Of a stretch of 64,000 nucleotides of DNA, positions 11,378 to 21,844 are shown in pieces. A program made the translations under genes and the position numbers. Source of the DNA: Alphaproteobacteria bacterium (GTDB taxonomy: Bacteria > Pseudomonadota > Alphaproteobacteria > JAAXGF01); the NCBI GenBank assembly GCA_963555825.3, contig CAUVXB020000002.1:3456001-3520000 (forward strand), written 5' to 3'. How positions within the stretch are numbered: the stretch's first letter is position 1; every line of letters starts with the position of its first letter. The notes below the pieces were generated by a model, which saw nothing but the letters and a program-made list of their open reading frames with translations, had not been told where the DNA came from and did not search any database.

Positions 11378-11522
11378 AGCCAGGAGAAGACCAACGGTGC
11401 CCTTTCGTACACGGCGATTGCCGGCGTCGTTATAGGCCCCTATTCCCGCACTAACTGGGCTTCGATAGTCATTACTATTATGGAAACGGGCACAACGGCG
11501 ATTAGAGGAGGGACCGGTCGAC

Positions 11523-12167
11523 ATGAAAATGGTCAGATTGAATGCACCTGCCGAATTGAACATGCCGATCGGCGAGGCGATGTTCAGCCAGCGCGCGATC
11601 CGGCGCCTGGACCGCGACCGGCCGATCGGCAACGCGCAATTGAAGATCGTGCTGGATGCGGCGTCCAAGGCGCCGAGCGGCGCGAACGCGCAGATGGCGC
11701 GCTACTTGGTGATTCGCGATCGGCAGCGCATCGCCGAATTCGGCGAACTCTATTACGAGGCGTGGTGGGCCAAGCGCAAGGACGACTACGGTTGGGAGCC
11801 CGGAAGTGACATCCCGGCCGAGTCGCCGTACCGAATGGCGGCGCTGCTGGCGCGCGAGATGCGCCACGCCCCGGTCGTCATCCTGGCGTACGCGATGGGC
11901 GCGGCGGCGGCGAGCTCGGTGCTGCCGGGCGTTCAGAACCTGTTGCTGGCGGCACGGGCGCTCGGCATCGGTTCGGTGCTGACGACGCTCCACCCGAGCG
12001 TGATGGACCGCGTCACCGAGATGTTAGGCGTGCCGGCCGACGCCGCCTTCCACTGCTGCATCCCGCTCGGCTATCCGCGCGGCAATTTCGGCCCGACGCG
12101 GCGCTACCAGACGGCCGATACGACCCACTGGGACCGATGGGGTGCGCGCCCGCCCTGGGCCGACTGA
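11523..12167 (+). CDS. Nitroreductase family protein
   Basis: QRAIRR, KAPSGANAQ, QNLLLAARALGIGSVLTT, IPLGYP. Confidence 0.9.
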   Translation: MKMVRLNAPAELNMPIGEAMFSQRAIRRLDRDRPIGNAQLKIVLDAASKAPSGANAQMARYLVIRDRQRIAEFGELYYEAWWAKRKDDYGWEPGSDIPAESPYRMAALLAREMRHAPVVILAYAMGAAAASSVLPGVQNLLLAARALGIGSVLTTLHPSVMDRVTEMLGVPADAAFHCCIPLGYPRGNFGPTRRYQTADTTHWDRWGARPPWAD

Positions 12168-12193
12168 CCGACGCAGGTCGCGCGGCGCGCGGT

Positions 12194-13138
12194 CTATCGG
12201 TCGAACGCGTCCAGCACGGCGGCGAAGGATTCGATGCTTTGGACCGTGTTGGGCGCCAAAGAGACTTGCAGATGGTCGATGCCTTGCGCGGCAAAAGCGC
12301 GCATGCCGTCTGCGATCTCCTCTGGTGAACCGCTCAAGGGGATCGCCGTGTTGGGCGCCATGCTAGTCGGTATGTCATGGGCGCCCGTCTGGTCGACCGT
12401 GATCGACACGCTTCGCCCGATTTCCGCCGGGTCGCGCCCGACCGCGCGGCATGCCTCGTCGACGACGTCGCGCCGCGCTGGCACCTCGTCGGCGCTGCTC
12501 GCGCCGGCGCAGAGCCAGGCGTTCCAACTGTCGATATGCGGCAGGGTGATCGACAGCATACGCGGGCCGCTGGAGCCGATCATCAGCGGCGGACCTTTGG
12601 GGCGCGGGCCGCGCGGGCAGATCTCGCAGTCGCGCGCCGAGTAGTAGGTGCCGTCGAAGTCGACCTTGCCGTCGCGAAGCAGGCAGCGAATGATGGTGAA
12701 CGCCTCTTCGAAACGCGAGACGCGACGGTCATAGGGCAGGCCGAAGGCGCGGTATTCGTCCTCGTGCCAGCCCGCGCCAAGGCCCAGGATGACCCGACCG
12801 CCCGAGATTTCCTCGACCGCATCGATCATCTTTGCGAACACGGCCGGATTTCGAAACGACGTCGGGGTGACCAACGAGCCGAGCTCGACGCGGCGGGTGA
12901 TGGCGGCCAGTCCGGTCAGCATCGTCCAACACTCCCAGACGCCCTGTTGTTCCGCCTCGGTCGCATCGCCCCGGTACAACAAGTGATCGACGAACCAGAG
13001 CGAATCGACCCCGATGTCCTCGGCGAGGCCGGCCATGGTGACGTAGTCCTGCCAACGCGCTGTCTTGCCGCCCATGTCGTTCTCGCTTTCGGGCAGAATG
13101 AGTCCGACCTTCAACGGCCGCGCCTGTATGTCCGTCAT
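12194..13138 (-). CDS. LLM-class (luciferase-like) oxidoreductase, probably F420-dependent
   Basis: DSLWFVDH, FRNPAVFAK and SGGRVILGLGAGW motifs. Paralog of the tandem trio at 15-19.6 kb. Confidence 0.9.
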   Translation of the reverse strand: MTDIQARPLKVGLILPESENDMGGKTARWQDYVTMAGLAEDIGVDSLWFVDHLLYRGDATEAEQQGVWECWTMLTGLAAITRRVELGSLVTPTSFRNPAVFAKMIDAVEEISGGRVILGLGAGWHEDEYRAFGLPYDRRVSRFEEAFTIIRCLLRDGKVDFDGTYYSARDCEICPRGPRPKGPPLMIGSSGPRMLSITLPHIDSWNAWLCAGASSADEVPARRDVVDEACRAVGRDPAEIGRSVSITVDQTGAHDIPTSMAPNTAIPLSGSPEEIADGMRAFAAQGIDHLQVSLAPNTVQSIESFAAVLDAFDR

Positions 13139-13227
13139 CTTGCTCGCCTCGCTACTGTTCGTTCCGAGAGCCGGGGTCCCTGGTCAGTCTAGGGAAGCGC
13201 GGCACGCGAGTCCACGCGCCGCAGGGT

Positions 13228-13255
13228 TTGACAGCGGCCTGAAGGGCTCTACTCT
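13228..13255 (+). promoter_or_regulatory. Putative sigma70 promoter
   Basis: TTGACA-16 bp-TACTCT upstream of 13311. Confidence 0.5.
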
Positions 13256-13310
13256 AGCCGACCGGTCAGGCGCGGCGACGCCGGCCGGTCAACCGTAGGG
13301 GGGACCGAGG

Positions 13311-14222
13311 ATGAGCCACGATCTGCGCTTTCAAGTCGCGATCATGCCGAGTGGCGATTTCGACACCGTGCTCAAGCGCTTCAAGCATGTCGAGGACCTG
13401 GGTATCGACATGGCGACGACGGGCGACCACTTCGTCGATTGGACCAATCCGCCGCGGCCCTGGCTCGAGTCATGGACCACGCTGGCGGCGATCGCCCGGG
13501 AAACGTCTCGCATGCGGCTCGCGACCTATGTCACGCAAATCCCGCTTCGCAACCCGGCGATGCTGGCGCGCCAGGCGTTGACGCTCGACCACATCTCCGG
13601 CGGCCGGTTCGAGGTCGGCCTCGGCGTCGGCCTGCCGATCGATCCGTCCTGCGGCATGATCGGCGTCGAGAACTGGGACGAGAAGGAACGGGTTCGCCGC
13701 TTTCCCGACTATGTCGAGATCGTCGATCGGCTGCTGTCGAACGAGGTCGCGAGCTACGAGGGCGAGTACTACAGCGTCAAGGACGCGGTTATGAACCCGC
13801 GGCCGGTGCAGTCGCCCAGGCCGCCGATCGTCATCGCGGCGCTGCGCCCGGTGATGATGCGGATCGCGGCGAAATACGCCGATAATTGGAACAGCCTGAG
13901 CTTCGCCGAGACATTCGCCGAACAGCTTGCCGAGACCCGCGAGCGGGTCGCCCGCATGAACGACAACCTGGCCGCCATCGACCGCGACCCGGCCGAGCTT
14001 CGCTATTCGTATCAGATGTTCGATCCGAGCTCGCGGGCGAGCGGCGGGGCGGTCAGCTACTACGAATCCACCAACCTCTTCGTCGACATGGCGGAGAGCC
14101 TGATCGAGGCTGGCATGTCCGAGCTCGGCCTCTACTACCCGACGCTGACCGAACAGTATCCGGCCTTCGAGACGATCATCGGTGAGGTGATCCCCGACCT
14201 CAAGAAGCGCCACGGCGGCTGA
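13311..14222 (+). CDS. LLM-class oxidoreductase
   Basis: GDHF, LRNPAMLARQALTLDHISGGRFEVGLG and PRPVQSPRPPI. Confidence 0.9.
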   Translation: MSHDLRFQVAIMPSGDFDTVLKRFKHVEDLGIDMATTGDHFVDWTNPPRPWLESWTTLAAIARETSRMRLATYVTQIPLRNPAMLARQALTLDHISGGRFEVGLGVGLPIDPSCGMIGVENWDEKERVRRFPDYVEIVDRLLSNEVASYEGEYYSVKDAVMNPRPVQSPRPPIVIAALRPVMMRIAAKYADNWNSLSFAETFAEQLAETRERVARMNDNLAAIDRDPAELRYSYQMFDPSSRASGGAVSYYESTNLFVDMAESLIEAGMSELGLYYPTLTEQYPAFETIIGEVIPDLKKRHGG

Positions 14223-14252
14223 CCGAGGCACACGGGCCCGCCGCCTTGCGCC

Positions 14253-14918
14253 TCAGACCGGGCGGCGCTGGCCCCAGCCGTTCCAGTGGGTCTGTTCCGC
14301 CGCCGGCAGCCGCTTGGCGGGCTTGAAGGTCTCGCCGGTGAAATAGGCGACGGGCAGGAGCACCGCCTGGGTGACGTCGTCGGGCACGCCGAGCAGCTCG
14401 GCGACCGCGCGTTCGAACCGGAGGTGAAGCGTCGTCCAGCACGAGCCGAGTCCACGCGCCCGTAGCGCTAGCATCAACGACCAGGCGGCGGGCAGGATGG
14501 AGCCGTACATGCCGCCGAGCGACGCCGCGTCCTCACCTTCGGGGCGCCCGTCGATGGCGAGGATGATCAGCGCCGGGTTGCGGTCGAGCTCATCGGCCTG
14601 CCGGCGGGCCAGGCCCAGGTTCTTGCGGACGAGGTCGGCCCGCGCCGGATCGTCGATCGTGTCGGCGAACGCGTCCCGCTCATCCAGATAGGGATAACAG
14701 GCCTTGCGATAGAGATCGGCCACCGCCGTCTTCTTCGCCTGGTCGGTGATGACGATGAAATGCCGCGGCGTGGCGGCGGAGCCGACTGGCGACTGCAAGG
14801 CGATCTCGATGCAGGCCTCGATCATTTTCGGGTCGACCGGCTTGTCGAAGTCGAGCCGCCGGCGCACGCCTCGCGTGGTGGTCAACAGCGCGTCGACGGC
14901 GGCGATGTCGATAGTCAT
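14253..14918 (-). CDS. Nitroreductase family protein (actinobacterial-like)
   Basis: LLTTTRGVRRRLD, SILPAAWSLMLALRARGLGSCWTTLHL, LLPVAYF. Confidence 0.9.
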   Translation of the reverse strand: MTIDIAAVDALLTTTRGVRRRLDFDKPVDPKMIEACIEIALQSPVGSAATPRHFIVITDQAKKTAVADLYRKACYPYLDERDAFADTIDDPARADLVRKNLGLARRQADELDRNPALIILAIDGRPEGEDAASLGGMYGSILPAAWSLMLALRARGLGSCWTTLHLRFERAVAELLGVPDDVTQAVLLPVAYFTGETFKPAKRLPAAEQTHWNGWGQRRPV

Positions 14919-15023
14919 TTGAACTCCTCTCGATCGCTGCGAACTGCCACGACGCGTTGAGTTTGCCAGCCGACTAAAGCAGCGGCGCCATCTGCTCGCG
15001 GACTCCTCGCCGTTGCGCGGGCC

Positions 15024-15968
15024 TTAAGCCCCCTTCCTGAGCAGCTCGAGCGCGGGCGCGAACCGTTCGATCGCCCCCGTCGATATGTTGTCGATGCTGA
15101 CCTGGACGTGGGCGATTCCCTCGGCCCGATACGCGCTCAGCCCCTCGGCGATCTCCGCGGGCTCGCCGACCAAGGGCTCGAGGGGCTTGTAGTCGTGACC
15201 GGTCGGCAAGGTGTTCCACCACGGATCGGCGTCTGGTTCGGCGACCAACACCGAGACCGTCCGCTGTAACGTCGCGGGGTCGCGCCCGACCTCGACGCAG
15301 GCCTCGTCGACAAGCTCGCGCAACGGCGGCACGCCGTCGGGGGTGTTGTTGGTCGACGTCCAATAAACGTTCCATATGTCGCAATACTTGGCCGTCAACC
15401 TGAGCATCTTGGGGCCCTTGGTGCCGACCATGATCGGCGGGCCCTCGGGCCGCGGCCCGCGCGGCTTGAGCACGCAGTCGCGCGCCTGGTAGTAGGTGCC
15501 GTCGAAATCGACCTCGCCGGTCTTCAGCAACGCCGAGACGATCTGGATCGCTTCGGCGAACCGGCTATAGCGGTGATCGTAGGGATAGCCGAAGGCGCGG
15601 TATTCGACTTCGTGATAGCCCGTGCCGACGCCCAGGATCAGCCGGCCGCCGCTGATCTCGTCGACGGTGTCGGCCATCTTGGCCAACAGCGCCGGGTTGC
15701 GAAAACCCATGCCCAACACCAGATTGCCAAGCTCGACGGTCTTGGTGCAGGCGGCGAGCGCGCTCAGCATCGACCAGGATTCCCAGTTGCCGTTCGGCTC
15801 GGCGGCGTCTCTCATGTGATAGAGGAGATGGTCGTCGAGCCAGATCGAATCGAAGCCGACGTCTTCCGCAAGCATGGCGATGTCGCGAAGCGCCGACCAG
15901 CCGAGGCCGGTCCTGTCGCTGGTCGGCAGGTCCAGCCCTACCTTGATGCGGTCTTCCGTGGCGCTCAT
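15024..15968 (-). CDS. LLM-class oxidoreductase, tandem paralog 3
   Basis: FRNPALLAKMADTVDEISGGRLILGVG. Start at MSATEDRIKVG. Confidence 0.9.
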   Translation of the reverse strand: MSATEDRIKVGLDLPTSDRTGLGWSALRDIAMLAEDVGFDSIWLDDHLLYHMRDAAEPNGNWESWSMLSALAACTKTVELGNLVLGMGFRNPALLAKMADTVDEISGGRLILGVGTGYHEVEYRAFGYPYDHRYSRFAEAIQIVSALLKTGEVDFDGTYYQARDCVLKPRGPRPEGPPIMVGTKGPKMLRLTAKYCDIWNVYWTSTNNTPDGVPPLRELVDEACVEVGRDPATLQRTVSVLVAEPDADPWWNTLPTGHDYKPLEPLVGEPAEIAEGLSAYRAEGIAHVQVSIDNISTGAIERFAPALELLRKGA

Positions 15969-15997
15969 GTTTTCGCTCCTCCCTGTTCGCGTCGGCG

Positions 15998-16951
15998 TCA
16001 CGCCGCCTTCTTGAGCAGATCCAGCGCGGGCGCGAACTTCTCGATCGCCTTCGTCGAAATCGCGTCCATGTTGATCTGCACATGCGCGACGCCCTCGCGG
16101 CGGTACGCCGTCAGCTCCTCGGCGATCTGGTCGGGCCCGCCGATCATGGGCGTGATCGCCATGTCCTCCTTGCCGAACGGCATGTCGTTCCACCAGGGAT
16201 CGGCATCGGCGTCGGCCGTCAATACCGTGACGGTGCGCTCCAGCGTCGCCGGGTCGCGGCCGGCCTCGTTGCAGGCCTCGTCGACGATCTCGCGCAAGCG
16301 GGCGGCGCCTTGCGGGCTGTTCGTCGCGTCGTCCCAGTACGAGTTCCAGACGTCGGCGTAGCGCGCCACCAGCTTGAGCATCTTTGGGCCGATGCTGCCG
16401 ATCATGATCGGCGGGCCCTCGGGCCGCGGCCCGCGTGGCTTGAGCACGCATTCCCTCGCCTCGTAGTACTTGCCAGCGAAGTCCACCGCGCCGGTCTTCA
16501 ACAGGCCATGGACGATCTGGATCGCCTCGGCGAAACGGCTGTAACGGTAGTTGTGGGGGTAGCCGAAGGCGCGATACTCGAGCTCGTGATAGCCCGCGCC
16601 AACGCCGAGAATGAGCCGACCGCCGCTGATCTCGTCGACGGTGTCGGCCATCTTGGCCAACAGCGCCGGGTTGCGGAACCCCATGCCGAGCACCAAGGTG
16701 CCCAACTCGACGGTCTCGGTGCAGGCGGCCAGGGCGGAAATCTGGGACCAGCATTCCCACAGCCCGATCGGCTCGCGCCCGTCAGCGAGCTGGTAGAGGA
16801 AGTGATCGACGACCCAGAGCGAATCGAAGCCGACGTCCTCGGCCAGCTTGGCCATGTCGAGGATTTCCGACCAGCGCATGGAATCGCCGCCGGTTTCATG
16901 GCCTATGGGAATCTGCAGCCCCACTTTGATGCGATCTTGCGTGTCGGGCAT
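15998..16951 (-). CDS. LLM-class oxidoreductase, tandem paralog 2
   Basis: Same core motifs, 317 aa. Confidence 0.9.
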   Translation of the reverse strand: MPDTQDRIKVGLQIPIGHETGGDSMRWSEILDMAKLAEDVGFDSLWVVDHFLYQLADGREPIGLWECWSQISALAACTETVELGTLVLGMGFRNPALLAKMADTVDEISGGRLILGVGAGYHELEYRAFGYPHNYRYSRFAEAIQIVHGLLKTGAVDFAGKYYEARECVLKPRGPRPEGPPIMIGSIGPKMLKLVARYADVWNSYWDDATNSPQGAARLREIVDEACNEAGRDPATLERTVTVLTADADADPWWNDMPFGKEDMAITPMIGGPDQIAEELTAYRREGVAHVQINMDAISTKAIEKFAPALDLLKKAA

Positions 16952-16980
16952 TGGTCAGCTCCTCCTGGTTCCTGTTCGGC

Positions 16981-19596
16981 TTAGGCGGCCTCGTCGAGCA
17001 GCGCCAGCACGGGCGCGTACTGCTCGATCGCGGCCGTCGTCATCTGATCCATGTTGATCTGCACATGCGTGATGCCCCGGGGCCGGTAGGCCAGCAGCGC
17101 CTCGGCGATCTCGGCGGGCTCGCCGCAAATTGGCCGTAGCGGCCGTTCCTGGTCGCCGGTCGGCATGTCGTTCCACCAGGGGCGGGCGTCGGGGTCGGCC
17201 GCGAGCACCGTGATCGTGCGTTCCAGGGTCGCCGGGTCGCGGCCGACGTCTTGGCAGGCCTCGTCGACCATCGCCAGGAAACGCTCGGCGCCCTCGGGCG
17301 TGTTGCCCGTGTCGTCCCAATAGGGTGCGAGTCTCGCATGGCAGTGATGTCTGCGGCTTGGTTCGTTGAGTTCAGGCAGCGATTGCCATGGCTGCTGCAC
17401 GTGGACTGATGTTGTCGTTGGCCGGTGTGTCGGTTGCGCTGATCAGGGCCTTCCATGCCCGCTCGAAGCGGCCGGATTTGATCAGGGCGCGGAAGGTCAG
17501 AACAGCCTGTCCGCCGACGATCCGCCAGCGCATGCCGGAGCGCTTCATGCGCTGTGTCACCAGGGTCTTGTTGGCAGCTTCGACCACGCCTGAGCCGATG
17601 GCGATGCCCTCTTCCTTCAGGGCGTGGTAGCGCATGCGATGGCGATGCTTGCGGAAGAAGGCGAGTTCCCGCTCGGTCTCGGCCCGGTCCGGCGCAGCGG
17701 CGGCATCGCGAAGGTGGCGCAGCGCCCGGATCACCTTGGCGACGCCACGGGGATCGTGACGGAGGATCTCGCGGTACTTCTCGAACCAGCCGGGCGCCAC
17801 GGCATGGTCGGACGCGGTTTGCAGATGTTCGCAAGCATGCCAGAAGTCGATCACCTCGGTTTCGGGCGACAGGGTCTCCAGGAAGGTCCAGTTGTCGGCG
17901 GCGCCATCGGCGATAGCGACGATCCCGATCTCGGGGCGTGCTCGCCTGATGTGTGCGACTTCGCTTGCAAGCTGCGCCTTCAGCGTGAGCTTGCCGCTCT
18001 CCGGCATGCGGCCGAGATAGAGGGTCTTCAGGCGCTTGCCCTCGGCGTCGTGGAAGGAGACCGTGCCGCAGGCAGCCTCGCGCCAGGAGGCCTTGGCGCG
18101 ACCGTCCTCGCCGGGTCTCAGCGGCACCATGACGCCGTCGAGGGAGACCGAGGCGGTGGTCGCGTCCTGCGGTATGCCCTCGGCCTCACGGATGCTGCCC
18201 AGCGTCTCCGGGCCGAGGCTCTCCCAGCATTCGTGCATGCTCAGGGTCAGGCGCTGCAGGGTGCTCACCGACGGCGTCATGGCGCCGGTCTTCGCAAAGA
18301 ACGCCGCCGCTTCCCGGGCCGTGCAGTGACCCATCATCAGCAGACCGAGCTCGGCCGCCGGCCGCGTCAGGTAATCGTCGACGAGGCCCAGGCTCTCGTC
18401 GACCGGCACCGGCGATGCCCCGCTCGCGCCGCTGCGGTAACGCGCTCGCCGGTAGGTCACCGGACCGAGCGAGGTCATGATCGTCTTCGGCGTCACCGCG
18501 ACCCGGAACCAGCTCTGCCCGTCCCGCTCGATCCGGGAAGCGCCATCGTCCCGGTTCTCGATGACGGCGCCCATGACATCGCGAGCGAACTCGTTCGTGG
18601 CCTCACGCACCCGCAACTCGACCTCCTCGGGCGCCTCGGGGCGCGGCTCGGAACGAAGCTCCTCGCGACACAGTGCGAGCACCCGGGCGGCCGCCTCGAC
18701 GACCCGAGGAGGCAGGCCGGAAAGATCGATGGACGAAGGCGCCGGAGGCGGGGATACTGCCATGGGAATGCTCCCGATGTTGGGTTTCGAGACACGGCAT
18801 CGTACCGCTTCTGGCGGTGCGGAGCGTTCCCACCTTCCCCTGCTCGACCCTGCCGTCGTGACAAAATCCTGCCTTGGAGCGGCCCATTGTCACGAATAGC
18901 CGATTTCGGCCGTTCGTCTCGACACAAAAAACGCACTAAATCAATGACTTAGATTTTCCATACCAGACCCACACCCTCCCAATAGGCGTTCCACATGTCG
19001 GCATAGCGGGCCGTCAGCCGGAGCATTTTGTGCCCCTTGGTGCCGATCAGGATGGGCGGGCCCTCGGGCCGGGGGCCGCGCGGCTTGAGTACACAGTCGC
19101 GCGCCTGGTGGTAGGTGCCGTCGAAGTCGATCTCGCCCGTCCTCAAGAGGCCGTGGACGATCTGGAGCGCCTCTTCGAAGCGGGCGAAGCGATGGTCGTA
19201 AGGAAAACCGAAGGCGCGGTACTCGAGTTCGTGGTACCCCGCGCCGACGCCGAGGATGAGCCGGCCGCCCGAGATTTCGTCGACGGTGTCGGCCATTTTC
19301 GCCAACAGCGCCGGGTTGCGGAATCCCATGGCGAGCACCAGCGTGCCCAGCTCGACCCTCTCGGTGCAGGCCGCGAGGGCGGCCAGCACGGACCAGGCTT
19401 CCCACAGCCCGTCGGGCTCGCTCGCGCCCTCGAGCTGGTACAGCAGGTGGTCGACCACCCAGAGCGAATCGAAGCCGACGTCCTCGGCCGCCATCGCGAG
19501 GTCGCGGATGTCCGACCAGCGCGCCGTCGGATCGAAGTCCTTCTCGCTCGTCGGCAGGCGCAACCCCACCTTCATGCGGCCTCGCGTGTCGTTCAT
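16981..19596 (-). pseudogene. LLM-class oxidoreductase, tandem paralog 1, split by IS
   Basis: 18985-19596 plus 16981-17322 rejoin in frame to 954 nt, the same length as paralog 2. Confidence 0.9.
17323..18976 (-). mobile_element. ISLre2/ISKra4-like element, copy 2; transposase 17372-18763
   Basis: Near-identical to copy 1 (identical protein). 8-bp TSD TCCCAATA. Confidence 0.9.
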
Positions 19597-19640
19597 ACTC
19601 CGCCTCTCAGCTGCCAGTCCCCGCTATCTGGTCCTTGGTG

Positions 19641-20081
19641 TTACTCGGCATCGTGGCCGAATACCTTCTCGGGCGTCACGACGAGCAACGCCGACGGTCC
19701 CCAATCGGGCTTGGTCTCGTCGTAGTGGCGCGCGTCGGCCTCGGTCTCGTGGTAGCGCAGGATGATGCGCCAGGTGACGTCGCCGCGCCACGCACTCTCC
19801 GTCTCGACCAGCTCGGCGGTGCCGTAGACCGTGACGGCCTGCCCGTCCGGATGGCCCTCGTCGATGCACAGGCTGACCCGCGGGTCACGCCTCACATTGC
19901 GGGCCTTCACACTATCGGCGCCGACGCTGATGTGGAAGCGGCCGTCCTCGTAGAGGTACCAGATCGGGCTGAGGTGAGGCGCACCGTTACGCCGGTTGGT
20001 GGCGAGGATCGCATTGACGGTCGCCTGCAGGATGGTGTCGATTTCGGCGTCTGTCATGATCTTCGCGTCCTCCTCAGCCAT
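19641..20081 (-). CDS. PPOX-class (FDOR-B) F420-dependent oxidoreductase
   Basis: AILAT.R.NGAPHLSPIWY and K.RNVRRDPRVSLCID. The start could alternatively be 20057. Confidence 0.85.
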   Translation of the reverse strand: MAEEDAKIMTDAEIDTILQATVNAILATNRRNGAPHLSPIWYLYEDGRFHISVGADSVKARNVRRDPRVSLCIDEGHPDGQAVTVYGTAELVETESAWRGDVTWRIILRYHETEADARHYDETKPDWGPSALLVVTPEKVFGHDAE

Positions 20082-21078
20082 AGCGTTCGCGCAGCCGTGG
20101 CAGCACCTGCTCGGCATAGAGGCGCAAGAAGCGTTCCTGATCGGGACCGGGGGCGTGGAACACCAGATGCGTGAAGCCGAGCTCGATATAGGGCGCGATC
20201 ATCTCGATATGCGCGTCGGGATCGGTCGAGACGATCCAACGGCTGGCGGCCCGTTCGACCGGCAAGGCGGCGGCCAGCGCCTCGATCTCGATGGGATCCT
20301 CGATCCCTGTCTTCTCCTCGGGCGAGAGCGCGAGCGCCGCCCAGTGGCGGGTGTCCTCGAGGGCGCGCTCGGGATCGCTGTCGAAGGAGACCTTCATCTC
20401 GATCATGCGCTCAATGCCGTCCGGTGACCGGCCGGCCTTCTCGAGGCCGGTTTCGACGTTCGGCAGCAGTGTCTCGCTGTACAGCTCGGGCGCCTTGCCG
20501 CTGGTGCAAATGAAGCCGTCGGCGACACGCCCGGCGAGCCGCGCCGCAGTCGGACCCGAGGCCGCGACGTAGATCGGCACGGGCGCGGCGGGACGATCGT
20601 AGATCGTCGCGTTGGCGGTACGATAGTACTCGCCCTCGAAGGTGACGCGCTCTTCGGCCCAGAGCCGCTTGATCAATTCGATCGACTCCCTCAGGCGCCC
20701 GAACCGCTCCTTGAACTTCGGCCACTCGATGCCGATCGCCGGCACCTCGTTGAGCGACTCGCCGGTGCCGACGCCCAGCACGACGCGGCCCGGATAGAGC
20801 ACGCCGAGGGTGGCGACCGACTGGGCGACGATCGACGGATGGTAGCGGAAGGTCGGCGTGACCACGCTGGTGCCGATGATGACGCGCGAGGTCCGCGCGC
20901 CGAGCGCGCCCAGCCAAGTAAAGGAATGGGGCGCATGGCCGTCGCTGTGCTTCCACGGTTGGAAGTGATCGCTGACCCATACCGAGTCGAAGCCGACCTC
21001 TTCGGCGATGACGCCGAAGTCGAGCAGTTCGCAGGGCCCGAATTGCTCCGCCGACGCCTTGTATCCCAGTGTCAACAC
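20074..21078 (-). CDS. fgd: F420-dependent glucose-6-phosphate dehydrogenase
   Basis: LGYKASAEQF, SDHFQPWKH..GHAP, GTSVVTPTFRYHP, GVGTGESLNE, FICTSGK, VFHAPG.DQ.RFL. Confidence 0.92.
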   Translation of the reverse strand: MLTLGYKASAEQFGPCELLDFGVIAEEVGFDSVWVSDHFQPWKHSDGHAPHSFTWLGALGARTSRVIIGTSVVTPTFRYHPSIVAQSVATLGVLYPGRVVLGVGTGESLNEVPAIGIEWPKFKERFGRLRESIELIKRLWAEERVTFEGEYYRTANATIYDRPAAPVPIYVAASGPTAARLAGRVADGFICTSGKAPELYSETLLPNVETGLEKAGRSPDGIERMIEMKVSFDSDPERALEDTRHWAALALSPEEKTGIEDPIEIEALAAALPVERAASRWIVSTDPDAHIEMIAPYIELGFTHLVFHAPGPDQERFLRLYAEQVLPRLRERYG

Positions 21079-21133
21079 CTCTCGAGACCCTCCAAGTCAT
21101 CGCGCAACGCGCGGATTTTCGATTCGACAGCAA

Positions 21134-21844
21134 TCATACAATCTTCGCCGCGGCAGCGTGATCGGCGAACACCGCCGCCTGCGCGGCGCGGACGCGACCC
21201 GCCGGAATCGCCGCGTCGCCATCATGCAGGCGCGCCAGCATGGCGGCCTTGTCCTCGCCGGTCACCAGCCAGACCACTTGCCGCGCGCGGTCGAGCGCCG
21301 GATAGGTCAGGGTCATGCGGCGTCGACCCTGGTATGGCCCGGTGATCGCGACATCGCGATCGCCGACGTCGAGCACCGGATCGCCGGGCACCAGCGACGC
21401 GGTATGGCCGTCGCCGCCGAGACCCAAGTGCACGAGATCGAGCACGGGCGGCGAGCCGGCCACCGCCGCCAGTGTCTCGGCATAGCGCCTTGCCGCCGCG
21501 TCGAGATCATCGCGCTCGACCGGCATCGGGTGGACCCGCGCCGGTACGGTCAAGCTCTCGCGCAAGACGGTGAGGTTGCGGTCCGCATCACCATACGGCG
21601 CGACGCGCTCGTCGACCTGCAGCAGGTCGACGCGATCCCAGGGGACGTCCTCGCGTGCCAGTGCCCGCAGCATACGAATCGGCGTGCTGCCGCCGCTTAG
21701 CGCCAGCGCGAAGCGGCCACGCTCGGCGACCGCGCGCCGGGCGCGGGCGGCGACCGCGCGCCGGGCGCGGGCGGCGATGAAACCCGCGGCCTCGACGGAA
21801 GCCGTATCGGCGTCGGCGAAAACGCGGAGATCCAGGTCGCTCAG
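21134..21844 (-). CDS. pgl: 6-phosphogluconolactonase (start uncertain, possibly CTG overlapping the gnd stop)
   Basis: [35 protein letters not shown]. Confidence 0.85.
   Translation of the reverse strand: MSDLDLRVFADADTASVEAAGFIAARARRAVAARARRAVAERGRFALALSGGSTPIRMLRALAREDVPWDRVDLLQVDERVAPYGDADRNLTVLRESLTVPARVHPMPVERDDLDAAARRYAETLAAVAGSPPVLDLVHLGLGGDGHTASLVPGDPVLDVGDRDVAITGPYQGRRRMTLTYPALDRARQVVWLVTGEDKAAMLARLHDGDAAIPAGRVRAAQAAVFADHAAAAKIV
21724..21771. repeat. 24-bp in-frame tandem duplication in pgl (AARARRAV x2)
   Basis: CGGCGACCGCGCGCCGGGCGCGGG occurs twice. Confidence 0.85.

Noticed and set aside
15024-16760. 578-aa ORF as a large fusion protein
   Set aside because: The upstream part is an alternative frame of the neighbouring LLM gene. 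The real start is 15968.
15024-19596. Diversity-generating retroelement acting on LLM paralogs
   Set aside because: There is no reverse transcriptase and no TR/VR pair with adenine-specific differences. The pattern fits tandem duplication.
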